In this document: positions 34,921 to 46,495 of the stretch, in pieces
Position numbering within the stretch: position 1 is the first letter of the stretch
Layout of the letters: each line of letters opens with the position of its first letter
Source: Elsinoe ampelina
Lineage: Eukaryota
Direction of reading: 5' to 3'
Assembly: GCA_010093995.1 (NCBI GenBank)
Contig: ML992501.1
Coordinates: 2,634,790-2,683,452 of the forward strand
Length of the DNA stretch: 48,663 nt
Made by a program: the position numbers and the translations under genes
Notes under the pieces: model-generated
Database searches by the model: none
Seen by the model: only the letters and a program-made list of their open reading frames with translations
Told to the model about the DNA's origin: nothing

Positions 34921-36022
34921 CGCTCAAGCCGAACGGCGGAGCTGTGGATAACAATTGACCGTGTCGATGTGAGCGCAATTCTCGATAGCAGAGGAAGATT
35001 TGAATCATTCTCATCTTATCGCACACCTTCACCTTAAGTATTCTGGACGTCTTCTTCACGGCTGGCGATGGTGCGGTACAGCACCACCACATGGCAGCCA
35101 CGGAAACGGCATTGACTTCTCGAAGCAGCTCTTTTTGGAATACTGTGGTGGTACAGTCTCATAGCTCGCCTCTAGAGGCAAGCTCGGCCAGTCATTCACA
35201 TGCCCAGAGCATTGGCCGACCTCGTCCAGTCTCGGTAAAGGGTCATTGTTCTTTGTTCATCCGGCGAGCATCCTTCGGAGCGGCCTTGTGCAACGCCCAC
35301 GCCTCGACATTACTCCATGCCTCGCTCAGGCTGTTGTTCTCGCGGTCGCGAAGACTCGAAGCAGTCGGCGATAGTGCCATTTGCACGACACCGGCACCGC
35401 TGGATGGCGTTTGACGGGTACTAGGCGTGTAGATTGTCGTCGTCGAGCCATGAGGCACTGGACTTTCAGGCGACCGACCCCGTACTATAATAAAGCAAAA
35501 GTGCTGGTGGTACTGCCCATCTTGGAAGTGAACGAGCCTGCGTGGCAGACGTGGGACCACTCGGAGACTATGCAGCGTCGCATCCGAACGCTTTCTCGAG
35601 TATTCCGACGCCACTCGCATTGACTTTCAAAATGGAACATAGGCCAGTCACTCGTCGCTTGCGCATTGTTGTGATCACAAGAAGGACGGCAGGTTTCGAG
35701 TCTTGATGTAGGACACCCTGGAGTGAAGAAATCTGGCAGGGTCCAGCGGCAATGGCTTCAATCTGGCTGGATGTCGCCTCGCTTCCCAGATTGTACCTGG
35801 CAGAGATATCCGATCTTGGTAAGACCCATTACGGGTGAGGTGATTGTGACCAAGTAATCTCTATATGTGCCACAAGGTAGGGATACGAGATGGCAAGACA
35901 GAGGCCGGCAGTCCTTCCTCTCAAGTATTCCTATCTCATCCATCGCCTGCTCATTTCACGATCAATCAGCACCTTTCAAAGCACAATTTGATCCTCATCG
36001 ATTGCAATCACGTGCCATCGAA

Positions 36023-37295
36023 ATGGGTTGGCTCTACAATGCGACACCTGAGCTGGAAGCCGAGTCTTCGTGGGAGAACATTTTCATTGCTGGGGTTATC
36101 CTCACGCCGCTCATGACACTCGTGGTGAGCTTGCGGATATGGTCGCGATGGAAGATGCTAGCTGCAGAAGACTTTGTGGTGGTTTTCTCGGCGGTGGGTC
36201 ATCTCGGAAAGCACGTGACGGCACGCTCTGACATTAGTCCAGATTTGCAGCATCATCTATGTTGCACTCAGCATAATGCGTAAGTACATGGCAGCATGGA
36301 GTTTGATCAAAAGCTAATTGGCAAGAAACCCGGTATGGGCTTGGCCTTGTCCCTGCGAAGCGACCACCGGGCGACTTCTACATGTACACTATGGTAAGCT
36401 TGGCTCTCCAGGCTGACCCAGCACATCTGACCGACTGTGCAGTACAACTACGCCGGACGTCCTTTCTACCTGACCGGCATCGGATGCTTCAAGGTCGCTC
36501 TCTGCCTTAGCTACCTCCGATTCACTGCTCGGACTACCACTGGACAATTTCGCAGAATCGTCTTTCTTGTGATAGCATTCGTGGTCAGCACCACCATCAC
36601 CTTCATCGTCTTGAACATCTTTGGCTGCACGCCGATCTCCAAGATCTTTGACCGACGCATTCCCGGGAAGTGCCTGCCCTTTGCACCGGTCAACTTCTAC
36701 ATCAGCGCAGCCATTGTCTTGTCGGATCTTGTCATTTTCCTGTTACCTATCCGAATGATCCGCTTCCTGAGTTTGCCACCCAAGAAGAAGATGCAGATCT
36801 GCGTCATGTTCGGGCTTGGACTGTTCACCACGGTGTTCTCAGTCTTGAGAGCTGCCGCCATACCGAACATCGCTTACGGCAACGGCGACTCGACCAACCT
36901 GGTCCTGTACAGCGACATCGAGCTCAATGTCGGGGTAAGATTGCTCCGACCATTGCTACCACAGAGCTAACGTAGCCCAGATCATCACCAGCTGCCTGCC
37001 GTACCTGCGCAAACTGTTCGACCGGAAGAAGCAGACACCGTACCATTCCGACCCAAACTCGTGGTCGGCTGGATACAACAGCAGGGACAAGCAAATCAAG
37101 AGGCAGACGGACATTGAGCTGCGAGACTTGGATGACAGACACGACAGCGAAGACTCGATCCTGCGACCGGAAGAGCGGCCCACCGGCCAACCCTTTACCG
37201 GATCTGGTCGGCCAAAGACTCCTCGAGACATCCTGCAAACACGATGCTACCAGGTCTCACACAGCGATCACCCTACCGATCGGACGGGACAGTAG
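36023..37295 (+). CDS. PTH11-like (fungal rhodopsin-like, no CFEM domain) integral membrane protein; multi-exon
   Basis: Motifs VSLRIWSR, EDF, YGLG, FKVALCLSYLR, GCTPISK.FD..IPGKC, SDLVIFLLPI, KKK.QI..MFGLG and IELNVG|IITSCLP.LR. GT-AG introns restore one frame ending TAG at 37293-37295. Confidence 0.85.
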
Positions 37296-37370
37296 AATAG
37301 ATTGCCAGTGCATAGAACACTTGCACACAGCGCTTGTCGAAGCGTTGGATAGAAATTCTCTTTTTAGCCA

Positions 37371-38351
37371 GCGGAGCCAGAGCCAGCCCTAGATCTCGTT
37401 CGCAGCATTAATTTAAACAGAGCCAGACCCGGATGGCGGGTGTTTCTGAAGCTACCCCGCCGCACATTATTGTCTTTTGATGGTCAAACAAGCTTTGTCG
37501 AACACGCGCGTGGCCATGATTCGCCCACCCATCGTCTGCCTATGTGACTTTGTCTGACCACGGAAGGTGGGTTGCATCGAGCTCATCATGTGTGTTTTTC
37601 TGATGCGGCGCCCGTGCCTTGCCCTGTCGTACAGCGCCCGTCCGCCAAGTCCAGCCACCCGCGACAGCCAATTTGTGGACATTCCGGCGGGGAGAGAGTG
37701 GTTTTGATGACAACTTGGTACCGAAGTGAAGAGGTTTTTTTTCCGGGCAAATTTACATGTTCAAATTTCCTTGTGGGAAATCATCACGCGCGCCTCGGCA
37801 GCAGACAGACCAACACTTGCTTGTTGTGGCCTAATTTCGTGCATCGTGAGATGCAATGGCAATGTTACACCGAGAGTCACGAGCTTCGAGCTACTTTTCG
37901 AAAGTGGGGTCAGCTTCTGGCCATGCAGGGTCGGGAGGGAACCCCTTTGTTTTCTGCATCTCATTGGCAGACTCTATCACTCTGATCAGATAGCCCAGCT
38001 CGGGTCCAGACGGTCCTTTCTCCCTCGTGTCCCCCGTGGAGAAGAAACTGCTGCATGGCACGGTTTTTGCGGGGAAGACCAAGCGCTTCGGGTTAATGCT
38101 TTGCGGATCTGCACTAACGACACCTTCCAGGTCAAAGGAGGAGTTGGGGTGACACCTCTTGGCCTTTAGCCGGCGCCGATTGGCCAGCCCGCCGGGCTCG
38201 CTGGGGTCATGCCCTGATCCCCGCCGGTGCTGAAAGTGTACGAATCAATCAATCGCTGTCGACAGAGGTACAAAGAGAGATGCTTTCCCCTCGTGTCTGA
38301 TCCAGGCCAGGTTCCACTCTCATCCCGCCCCGCCTTTTATTGATACCCCGC
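37371..38351. promoter_or_regulatory. Cluster of CreA/Cre1-type SYGGRG sites upstream of the sugar permease
   Basis: Matches at 37371, 37455, 37687, 37904, 38069, 38201, 38219, 38328 and 38346. The motif is short, so the enrichment is modest. Confidence 0.4.
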
Positions 38352-38357
38352 GACATC

Positions 38358-40121
38358 ATGAATACCGCCATCGACGAGAAGCCGACCTCCAACTCGGAGG
38401 TCAAGGCTCACTACAGCGACACCGACCATGTCGATGAGAAGTTGGACTACAACAGGACCGGCGCCATCGATGCCGAGAATGCGGAACACCGCATGGGCGT
38501 GGTAGAGGCTGTCAAGGCCTATCCCAGTGCCAGCGCGTGGGCGTTTCTCATGTCCTGCACCATCGTGAGCGCTGTCGACTACACTTCCAATGCCACGTCA
38601 CTGACACTCGACAGATTATGGAGTCTTACTGCGTTTTCCTCATGGGAGCTTTCATCGCCACCCCCAGATTCGCCCAAGATTTCGGCCAATTCAGCACCGT
38701 CGAGGACAAGTACTTCATCACCGCCCCATGGCAATCTGCCTTCCAGTGCGGAGGTCCCGTCGGTGCTTTGATCGGTGTGTTCCTCGCTGGTCCCATTACC
38801 AGCTGGATCGGTTACCGCTGGGCGACCATCGGTGGTCTCATGGCCTTGAACGCCTTCATCTTCGTCTTCTACTTTGGCAACTCTCTCGGTGTCTTGCTTC
38901 TGTCCCAGCTGCTCGAGGGTATCCCATGGGGTATCTTCATCGCCAACGCTCCGGCTTACTGCTCTGAGATTGTCCCTCTCAGACTCCGTGCTCCGGCGAC
39001 GCAGATGTTGCAGATGTTCTGGGCTATTGGCGCTATCATTGTTGGTGGTATCACTTACCACTACCAGTCGTTCGACGACCCATCTGCCTACAGGTGTGTA
39101 TTTTCTCAGCAAACCCCCAAGAATGTCACCCCGCTAACCTCAACTCCAGAGTCCCAATCGCTCTCCAGTGGATGTTCCCCACTCCTCTCGCCATCGCCAT
39201 GTTCCTCGCACCAGAATCGCCCTGGTGGTTGGTCCGCAAGGGCCGTCTCGCAGAGGCCGAAAAAGCCGTCAAGCGTCTCGGACGTGTCTCTGCCACCGAC
39301 AACCCAGCCGACTCCGTCGCCATGATGCGCCGGACAATCGAACTCGAGAAGAGCGTGAAGAAGCCCAGTCTCATCGAGCTGTGGAAGGGCACCGATCGCT
39401 ACAGGACACTCATCGTCTGTGGTGTGTACGCCGCCCAGAATCTCACTGGTAACTTGATCGCCAACCAGGCCGTCTACTTCTTCGAGCGTAAGCCACTTTT
39501 CCCCCTCCACTTGTGTCCCAAGCACTAACACCCCGACCAGGCGCCGGCATGGCCACCACCACCGCCTTCACCCTCGGCCTCATCACCTCCGCCCTCCAAG
39601 CCATAATGGTCATGCTCTCCTGGATCCTGACCACCTACATCGGCCGCCGCACCATCTACGTCTGGGGATCCGCCATCAACTGCGCCTTCCTCGTCGCCCT
39701 CGGCGTCGCCGCATCCGTCGGCGAATCCGACGCCTCCAACCTCGCCCAAGCGTCGCTCGGCCTCATCGTCTCCGTGCTCTTCTGCCTCGGCCCCGCCCCG
39801 GCTTCCTGGGTCATCATCGGCGAGACCTCCTCCATCCGCCTGCGCCCACTCACCACCGGCGTCGGACGCGGCGCATACTACCTCGTCAACATCCCGTGTA
39901 TCTTCTTGGCCAGCTACATGCTCAACCCGGACCAGGCCAACCTCGGCGGCAAGTGCGGTTACGTCTGGGCCGGCACGGCGTTTGTCTGCACCGTCATGGC
40001 ATGGATCTGGATTCCCGAGATGAAGGATCGCTCGTACCGCGAGATTGATATCCTGTTCAAGCGTCGCGTGCAGGCTCGCAAGTGGACCAAGACAGAGGTG
40101 GATATCAACGATGATGAGTAG
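38358..40121 (+). CDS. MFS sugar porter, maltose/alpha-glucoside:H+ permease (Mal11/Mal61-like); exons 38358-38564, 38615-39093, 39150-39487, 39541-40121
   Basis: Motifs EAVKAYP..AW, IMESY, LEGIPWG.F...APAYCSEIVPL.LR, ALQWMFP, PESPWWLVRKG, GETSS.RLR and PEMKDRSY.EID.LF. Confidence 0.9.
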
Positions 40122-40865
40122 GCGAGTTGCGCTTGCTTGAGGGTGTGGAGATTAGTGTAGTTATTGACTGGATCGAGTGGCTACGGTCGCTAGGTCTGGT
40201 AATGGAAATCCGGCTCTTGCAGCATTAATCCTGTTTTCCCGCCCGTGCACCTTCTTGACTTTGTCCAATATTATCTCCAACCCCCTTCTCTAGAACCTGT
40301 GTGTGACGAACCCGTCTTCGTCCCACCACTTCACCCGCCGCCACAATTCTCCCAAAGGCTTGCCCGTAAAAACGCCCCCAGGCAGCCCAAGCTCACCAAG
40401 CTTCCGCTAAAACGCGGCACTACGGACCCCAAAGCCAGCCCCGGTGTCAGCCCCGAAGGGACGCCCCAGTGGGAGCCTCACGGGATCCCGAAAGGGTGGT
40501 GGGGTCCGAGCCGACTGCACAACCTTGACTCCCGAATGTGATCATCACCAGTGGTTTGGTTCCACAGCCTGGGAAACCATTGGCAGGGCTTCTACAATAA
40601 CGGGCATCATGCGCTGGCTAGAAACTCAGTGATGGACCAGTCGTCGTGCATGGGTTGATTGCTGTCGGACTTGAGAGCGGGCAGGGTCGCGTGGGTCGGG
40701 AGCGGTAAGGCCGAGTGGGATGTGGTACTTGATGATGATGATGATGGGAAAGGAGGGTAGAGGTGAGGTGATGAGGTGGGTGTATTTCTTGCCTGGTCCT
40801 TTCATCTGTCTTGGACTACCTACTCCATCACGATCTGTTACGGATTTCGTGAAGACATTGCAGGC

Positions 40866-43013
40866 ATGGCTTTCAAGATCATCATCGTTGGCGCTGGGCT
40901 GGGTAGGTGTTCTTTCTAGCATGTCCGCTCCTCTACGTCGTGTAGAGTCCGATTGCCGCATCTACGATTCTCTCTGAGTCTGATATGATAGCTAACCCAT
41001 CGCAGGCGGTCTCGCCTGCGCCATCGCCTGTCGCCGTGCTGGCCTCGAGGTGGTGATACTGGAGAAAGGTCCTAAGCTAAGCGAAGTCCGTCACTTTCCT
41101 TACACTTCATCTCACTTGCCCTGCTGGCTACTTCCATCGTTTTTACCTCTCCTCGTCTTCTGATGGCCTCTATCTAGGTGGGTGCAGGCATCCAGATTCC
41201 TCCTAATGCTACCAAGATTATGCAACACTTTGGTCTTATTCCAGCCTTACTCGCTGCTGGAGCCGAGCCGTTGCGTGTCACACGACTCATCGATTTTGAG
41301 ACAGGGACAACGTTGGGAGAGAGGCCGGGTTTTGCGTGGGCTAAGAGGGAGTTTGGGGAGTGTTGGTAGTGAGTCTTCTACTTCTCTATTCTTCGAGGCG
41401 GACAGAGGCTTGCAGAAGTCTGAATCTCTTTTTGAGGAGGAGTGAGGAGAGATATAGGGTGGCCACAGATCTGCCGGGAGTATTCAATGGAGCTGGGAAG
41501 GAGGCAAGGCGACCGGGAAGCTGAACCGTGGTTTGAGAGTCGTATACAGAGTGGTGCGAGAGGGGAATGATTGAAGAGCAAGAGGTCACAAAGAAGCACG
41601 ACTGACATTAATAGCACCATTCACAGAGCCGACTACCAACGAGTGCTAGCCGATGAGGCCCTACGATTGGGGACCGAGATCAGATTCGGCACAGGTGTCG
41701 AACACGTGCATTGCAAAGGGAAGCCGTGGGTCAGGCTCGAGAACGGTGAAAGGATTGATGGTGACCTAGTCGTCGGAGCAGATGGTACCGATCCACCTCG
41801 CCAAACTACTATTTCGAAGACCACTCAGCTGATCAATCAGGCATCGGCTCCACAGTCAGAAACTTCGTTTACGACAAAGATCCACCCTTCGTGAGCAGAG
41901 GTGAAGTGGCATACCGCGCAGTCATACCTAAGGAGAAACTCGAGGGTCTGGCTGGTAGTGCCTTCGAGAAGCTGACCAAAGACGATGCAATGATGTGGAT
42001 CTGGGCCGGCCCAGGGACGCACGCCACTGCGTACTCTGTAAGGAATGGATCAATTTTCAACCTCGTCGTACTGTACGTCAACATCACCTCTGCCTAAAGA
42101 CTCAGCTAACTTCACCCAGCGGACCAGACGACCTCCCCGAAGGCGTCAGCCGCGCCACCGCCGAACGAGAGCAGATGGAGATGGCATGTAAAGACTGGGA
42201 CCCATTGTACCTGCCTCTTTCCCGTCTCTCCTTGGTCTCACTGGCTGATACCTCCCAGACTCCGCCGAATAGTCCGTGAAGCCTCCACCTCGGTCATCAA
42301 ATGGAAAGTGGTGCACATGTCCGAACTCGACACCTGGGTCAAGGTCCGTTCCCGTTCCCTTCACCCATACCGCGCGTTCCTTTCGACCATCTACCCCGCT
42401 GGCCTTCTCCTCTTCTTCTATTCCCGTTCCCTCACTTCCGCCTCCCATCCCTCCCCATGTCCCCTTACTACCCACCCTGCCCCCCCCTTCCTACCCCAAT
42501 CCACTGCCTACAGAGTACGACTAATCAATCCCCCAGGACCACGTCCTCCTCCTAGGCGACGCCTGCCACCCCACGCCCCCTTACCAAGCCCAAGGCTCCG
42601 CAATGGCCATCGAAGACGGCGTGTGCCTCGGCACTCTGCTTTCCCTGCACCAACGCTCCCCTCTCTCCAGAAACGCCGTCTCCTTGTCGGATCTGCTCGG
42701 GTTGTACTGCGACGTCCGCAAGGAAAGGACGGCGTTGCAGGATAGGGGGATGAGGAGTAATGCTCGTTTGTTCCAAGTGAATTCGGAAGAGGAGAGGAGG
42801 GAGAGGGGGGAGGTGTTGGGGGGGTTGAACTGGGGGGTGAAGGGGGAGAAGGAGGGGGAGGAGAGGGACGGCGGGGAGAGGCGAGGGAAGGAGATGGGGG
42901 CGCAGGAGAAGTGGACTTGGGGGGATATGAGGTATCAGAGGGAGTTGAATGGGTATGATACTGTAGCGGCGACTGAGCGGGCATTCAGGGTGAGGTTTGG
43001 GGCGAGGTTGTAA
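40866..43013 (+). CDS. FAD-dependent monooxygenase, salicylate hydroxylase-like (about 8 exons)
   Basis: Spliced reading gives MAFKIIIVGAGL|GGLACA (GxGxxG), E|VGAGIQIPPNA, IHRADY, DLVVGADG|IGS.VR and LLGDACHPTPPYQAQGSAMAIEDG. Confidence 0.88.
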
Positions 43014-43255
43014 AGGACGAGAATGAGTTGTTGTTGTGGAGGGTCTCGCGGGGGGTTGGAGCGACACGCAATGTCAGCGCTTGTTTGTAGGCAGGGAGAC
43101 CTCGAACTGATAGCTCGGCTGTGATTTAGCATAGCTTGATTCTTTGACAACTACGCTAGCATTTCTAGGACTTTGAACATCGAGGGCAAAGCAAACGATA
43201 TCCTCTTTTGTGCCAAGATCATGCTCTCTCCACCACAGCGTATGAAATCATGTCC

Positions 43256-43839
43256 TCACGCATCATAAGGATTCTTCGGCAGCCTCGTCGTAGTAATGGT
43301 CACCACCTCAATGACCCTGGTCGGACATCCTGTTGGACAGGGGTTGTAAGTGGTGATTGTAGAAGTAGTAGGACAGAACAAAGGATTCGTAGCAGGCACT
43401 CTCGTTGTGATTGTCTTTGTCCATGGCGCTTTCTTGTTGCAGGCACCGGCGTACGGTGTACATTCAGGGTTGTTGGATGTGACGGTAGCTTTGAAGCAGT
43501 CGCATGATGAAGTTCTTGTCTCGGTAATCGTTGATGTGGCGCCGCATCCTGTTGGACATGCTGTAGGGCAGCGTGCGAGAGAGGTGGTTGTGCTCGTGGT
43601 TGGGCAATAGGTATTTGTGGTCGGAATGGTGGTGGTCTCAAAGGCGATGCAGGCGAGGGTGATGCAAGTGGATGTGTCAAAGGGGCATTCTATGTTCGCC
43701 GACATTGTGGCTGTTGCGGTGTAGCATTTGCATACATTCTGCGCTCTAGAACTCCATCAGCGACAGTCGACAGAGTCTCTGGGGTTACTTACGCGACCAC
43801 CGCAATGAGCGAGGCAAAGGCAAGGGAGAGGAACTGCAT
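43256..43839 (-). CDS. Small secreted Cys/Thr-rich protein (178 aa, 16 Cys), candidate effector or cell-wall protein; exons 43839-43793, 43745-43256
   Basis: Signal peptide MQFLSLAFASLIAVVA/AQ is joined through a GTAAGT...GCTGAT...TAG intron to the ORF at 43256-43705. The protein has two internal repeats. Confidence 0.8.
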
Positions 43840-44318
43840 ATCGATGTTGTGTGTGACAATATTTTTCTGCCAGTGGAACCTGAAAGATACAAGTCGCTGC
43901 TCAATGTGAAGCGGACCTGCTATGGAAGGTGCATTGTACATGGATTCGGCGACTTCTATATCCATTTCTATCAATAGCGATCGGCAGCAGCTGCTTGCTG
44001 ATCATTTGAAACTGCCACGCGACGTTGCAATCCGCGACTTAGCAAAGGTCGGACGGGACCGTACCAAGCAGCTAGCTAAGCCAGTAGCTACCAGTTGTTG
44101 ATCAGACGAGCCTCATCGAGTATTCTCGGTGTCCTGCAGCTTCGTGGGAGGACTGATGTGGTATTCATTCCAGCTTGGCACCCGTTGTTGTATGGAATGT
44201 GACCAAATTGAAAGGGTGATCATCCCCTTTCGGTCTTTCTACTCCACGACGTGACGACCATGACGATGGGATAGACCCGAGTATGCTTCAATATCTTCGA
44301 CATGCGGTACAGCGAAAA

Positions 44319-44935
44319 TCAGCTCGTCTTTGGCTGCTTGGTGCCGTATTTCGACCTCGATGTGAGCCTGTTTCCCACACCACCCTGATCGAATGTCAGC
44401 TATGCATTCAGACCAGTCTTCCAGGGACATACCAGGTCAAGTGCTCCCCGGACCAGATGGTACTTGACACCGGGACAATCTTGTGATCGTCCGCCCCGTA
44501 CCATCACGACCGAATGCTGCTGTACGTTATGTCCTAGAAAATACCGTCAGCGTTTCTCCTCTGACAAATCTTGTTCGTATTCTAACCTTCTCCCGGAATG
44601 TATGCAGTCACTACTGTTCCACTACTGAGCCGTACTCTTGCAACCTTCCTCTCTCCCGAGTTTGGCTTCTTGGGCTTGACAGTGCCCACCCTCAAGCATA
44701 CCGCCTTCATTTGTGGACGATTGGCGAGCGCAGGTGAAACCGCGCGTCGGGCGGGCTGTCCTTTCCGTGCTCCATTCTTAATCTGCTGGAAGGTTGTTGA
44801 TCGAATTGGGCTCGTGGAAAATGTGCGGAAGGCTGGTCGGGGTTGAAACCGCGAGAGTGTCGCTGGGGCTGAGAAGCCGCTTTGCGTGAGAGGCAATACT
44901 GAACGAACCAGCGACCTGATCGGTACAGAAAACAT
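44319..44935 (-). CDS. MRPS12: Mitochondrial ribosomal protein S12 (uS12m); exons 44935-44587, 44533-44433, 44384-44319
   Basis: Arg/Ser-rich presequence, then [80 protein letters not shown]. Confidence 0.97.
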
Positions 44936-45657
44936 CCTGGCGGTAGAGAGACAGATCGAGTATCGTGTGTAGATTGGTCGTTTGGGCGAGACAGTGACCT
45001 TTTGATGCTCCGCAAATCTTCAAGCTCAAGCGATGACTAAGCAGGTTGGATCAGTACATGCATTGGCATTCAAGGTTGCTTCGAGATCACAACGAGAGCT
45101 CGGGCTGATTATGTATTTGAGATCATGTAATTTACGGTTCTCCTCTGCAGTGATTCGAGAAGACATGATGGCTTCCTGCAATAACCACCCTTCAAGACTT
45201 CATCTCAACCATCCTGTCACGGCCTGGCCCGTCGACGTGCTTCCGGTTTGACGATCCAGTGCCTGTGAGTCTTCTGCCGTGCTACATCGGCACTACTGCA
45301 TTGTCCCGTCTCGAATGTCAGTTCTCGAGCAGTCAATGGAATCGTTTGGCGCCACCCTGTTTTGTCGGAGTCCGACGACGCGTCGTACGTAGAGCGGGAA
45401 CAGAGCTGCGTAGCCACACAAGACAGCACGGCGGATGAGCTGCTGCAGCGTCGGCCTATCAGGTTCTGGCAGACCGGCCGCTCCGTTCATGTCCACTTCA
45501 CGCCCATGCCAAGTTATCCGAAGGAAACTCTCATTGTGTAGCGCTTCGAGACAGAGCTCAGTGGGGCGCGATCGAGCTCAGTAGAGAGTGACTAGCTCCT
45601 CATGCCATGACGCGAGCCATAGATGATTGTATCCATTGTTGAGGAAGAGGCATACGC

Positions 45658-46029
45658 TCACGTTCCGTCTTGACTCTCCGTCTTTTTGGTTCGCGCCGAC
45701 AATGGCTTCACGACTACTTCCATCGTGCCTCTTTCGTGCTCTTGCTTGAAGCCCAGCAGCTGGCCGACAAAGCCACGCGGTTTCGGTACAGGGCATTCTC
45801 GCTTTGATGCCGCGTCTTCGCTCTGCTTTTCCGTGTCGTGTGATTCCGCTTGAGGTGGTGGCAGCTTCCGCTTCCTCTTTGGAACGACCTCGCCATTCTC
45901 GGTGAACTGACGTCTATCGACAGGACATGGCAAAAGATGCGGCATGCCAACAACCAGGAAAGACACAGCCAGACATCCTGTAAAGAGCGTAGAGGTTGAC
46001 CGGGACCGAGGATGGAGATATGGCGGCAT
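45658..46029 (-). CDS. COA2: Cytochrome c oxidase assembly factor 2 (Coa2)-like protein, 123 aa
   Basis: MPPYLHPRSR.T.TLF...L.VSF.VV..PH.LPCP N-terminus and the RECPVPKP.G..G.LLGF motif, typical of filamentous-fungal Coa2-family proteins (recognised from memory). The true start is taken as the ATG at 46029. Confidence 0.65.
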   Translation of the reverse strand: MPPYLHPRSRSTSTLFTGCLAVSFLVVGMPHLLPCPVDRRQFTENGEVVPKRKRKLPPPQAESHDTEKQSEDAASKRECPVPKPRGFVGQLLGFKQEHERGTMEVVVKPLSARTKKTESQDGT

Positions 46030-46210
46030 GGCGATCTTGCTGGGAGTGGGTGCGAAATGAAACGATTGTGGAGCGACCCTTCTTACAATCGCATCTTGCT
46101 TTGAAGAGCTGTAGTCAAGACCAGACACTCCCAAAGTGATCCTCAAAGTTGTCTTGCAAAAGTTGAGGGTCTTTCTTTGGTCTCGGTTGCACCTTCCCCG
46201 TAACATTCCG

Positions 46211-46225
46211 CCAATTTCACGTGAC
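46211..46225. promoter_or_regulatory. CCAAT box plus CACGTGAC E-box in the COA2 promoter
   Basis: CCAATTTCACGTGAC, about 185 bp upstream of the COA2 ATG. Confidence 0.4.
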
Positions 46226-46235
46226 TTTCCCAGTG

Positions 46236-46495
46236 TGTTGACTTGTGTGGGGGAGGAAAAAGGATTAATTACTACCTGATCTACCAAACTGAGGTAGATT
46301 GTAACTACATAAATACTTAACCTAATAAACTAAGAGATAACTAAATCAATAGAACTCCTAAATAATAATAGATTAAGACAATAACTATCTAATTTAATTA
46401 TAAATTAGTAGAGTAGTAGATAAGTATTTAGTTCTACTAGGGGATAAACTAAATTAGGGTCCTTCTTAGCGCTCTAGCTTATACCTTAGTTAATA
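46236..46495 (-). repeat. 3' LTR of Copia E (~260 bp)
   Basis: TGTTGACT at 46236 and AGTTAATA (RIP form of AGTCAACA) at 46488-46495 form inverted termini. TACCCCTTT follows, the reverse complement of a polypurine tract. Confidence 0.75.

Noticed and set aside
35040..35623. ORFs of 80-125 aa between the Dal5-like and PTH11-like genes
   Set aside because: No recognisable motif on either strand. Treated as divergent promoter sequence.
42508..43067. Pro-rich, extensin-like ORFs on the minus strand
   Set aside because: Antisense reading of the G-rich last exon of the monooxygenase.
36023..43839. Secondary-metabolite biosynthetic cluster
   Set aside because: No PKS, NRPS, terpene synthase, prenyltransferase or KR-repeat RiPP precursor in the window.
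45293..45796. Minus-strand frame open for ~500 bp apart from one TGA at 45578-45580 (possible readthrough or pseudogene)
   Set aside because: It overlaps the COA2 3' end, has no recognisable domain, and is plausible by chance at this GC content.
46030..46287. 86-aa N-terminal extension of the COA2-like ORF
   Set aside because: It begins at a non-ATG codon inside the Copia LTR. The conserved family N-terminus starts at 46029.
27012..46495. Gene island as cargo of one composite element (D and E both minus-strand Copia) or a Starship-like element
   Set aside because: The flanking LTRs differ in length (142 vs ~260 bp) and sequence. No tyrosine recombinase or transposase is present, and the island contains core genes.
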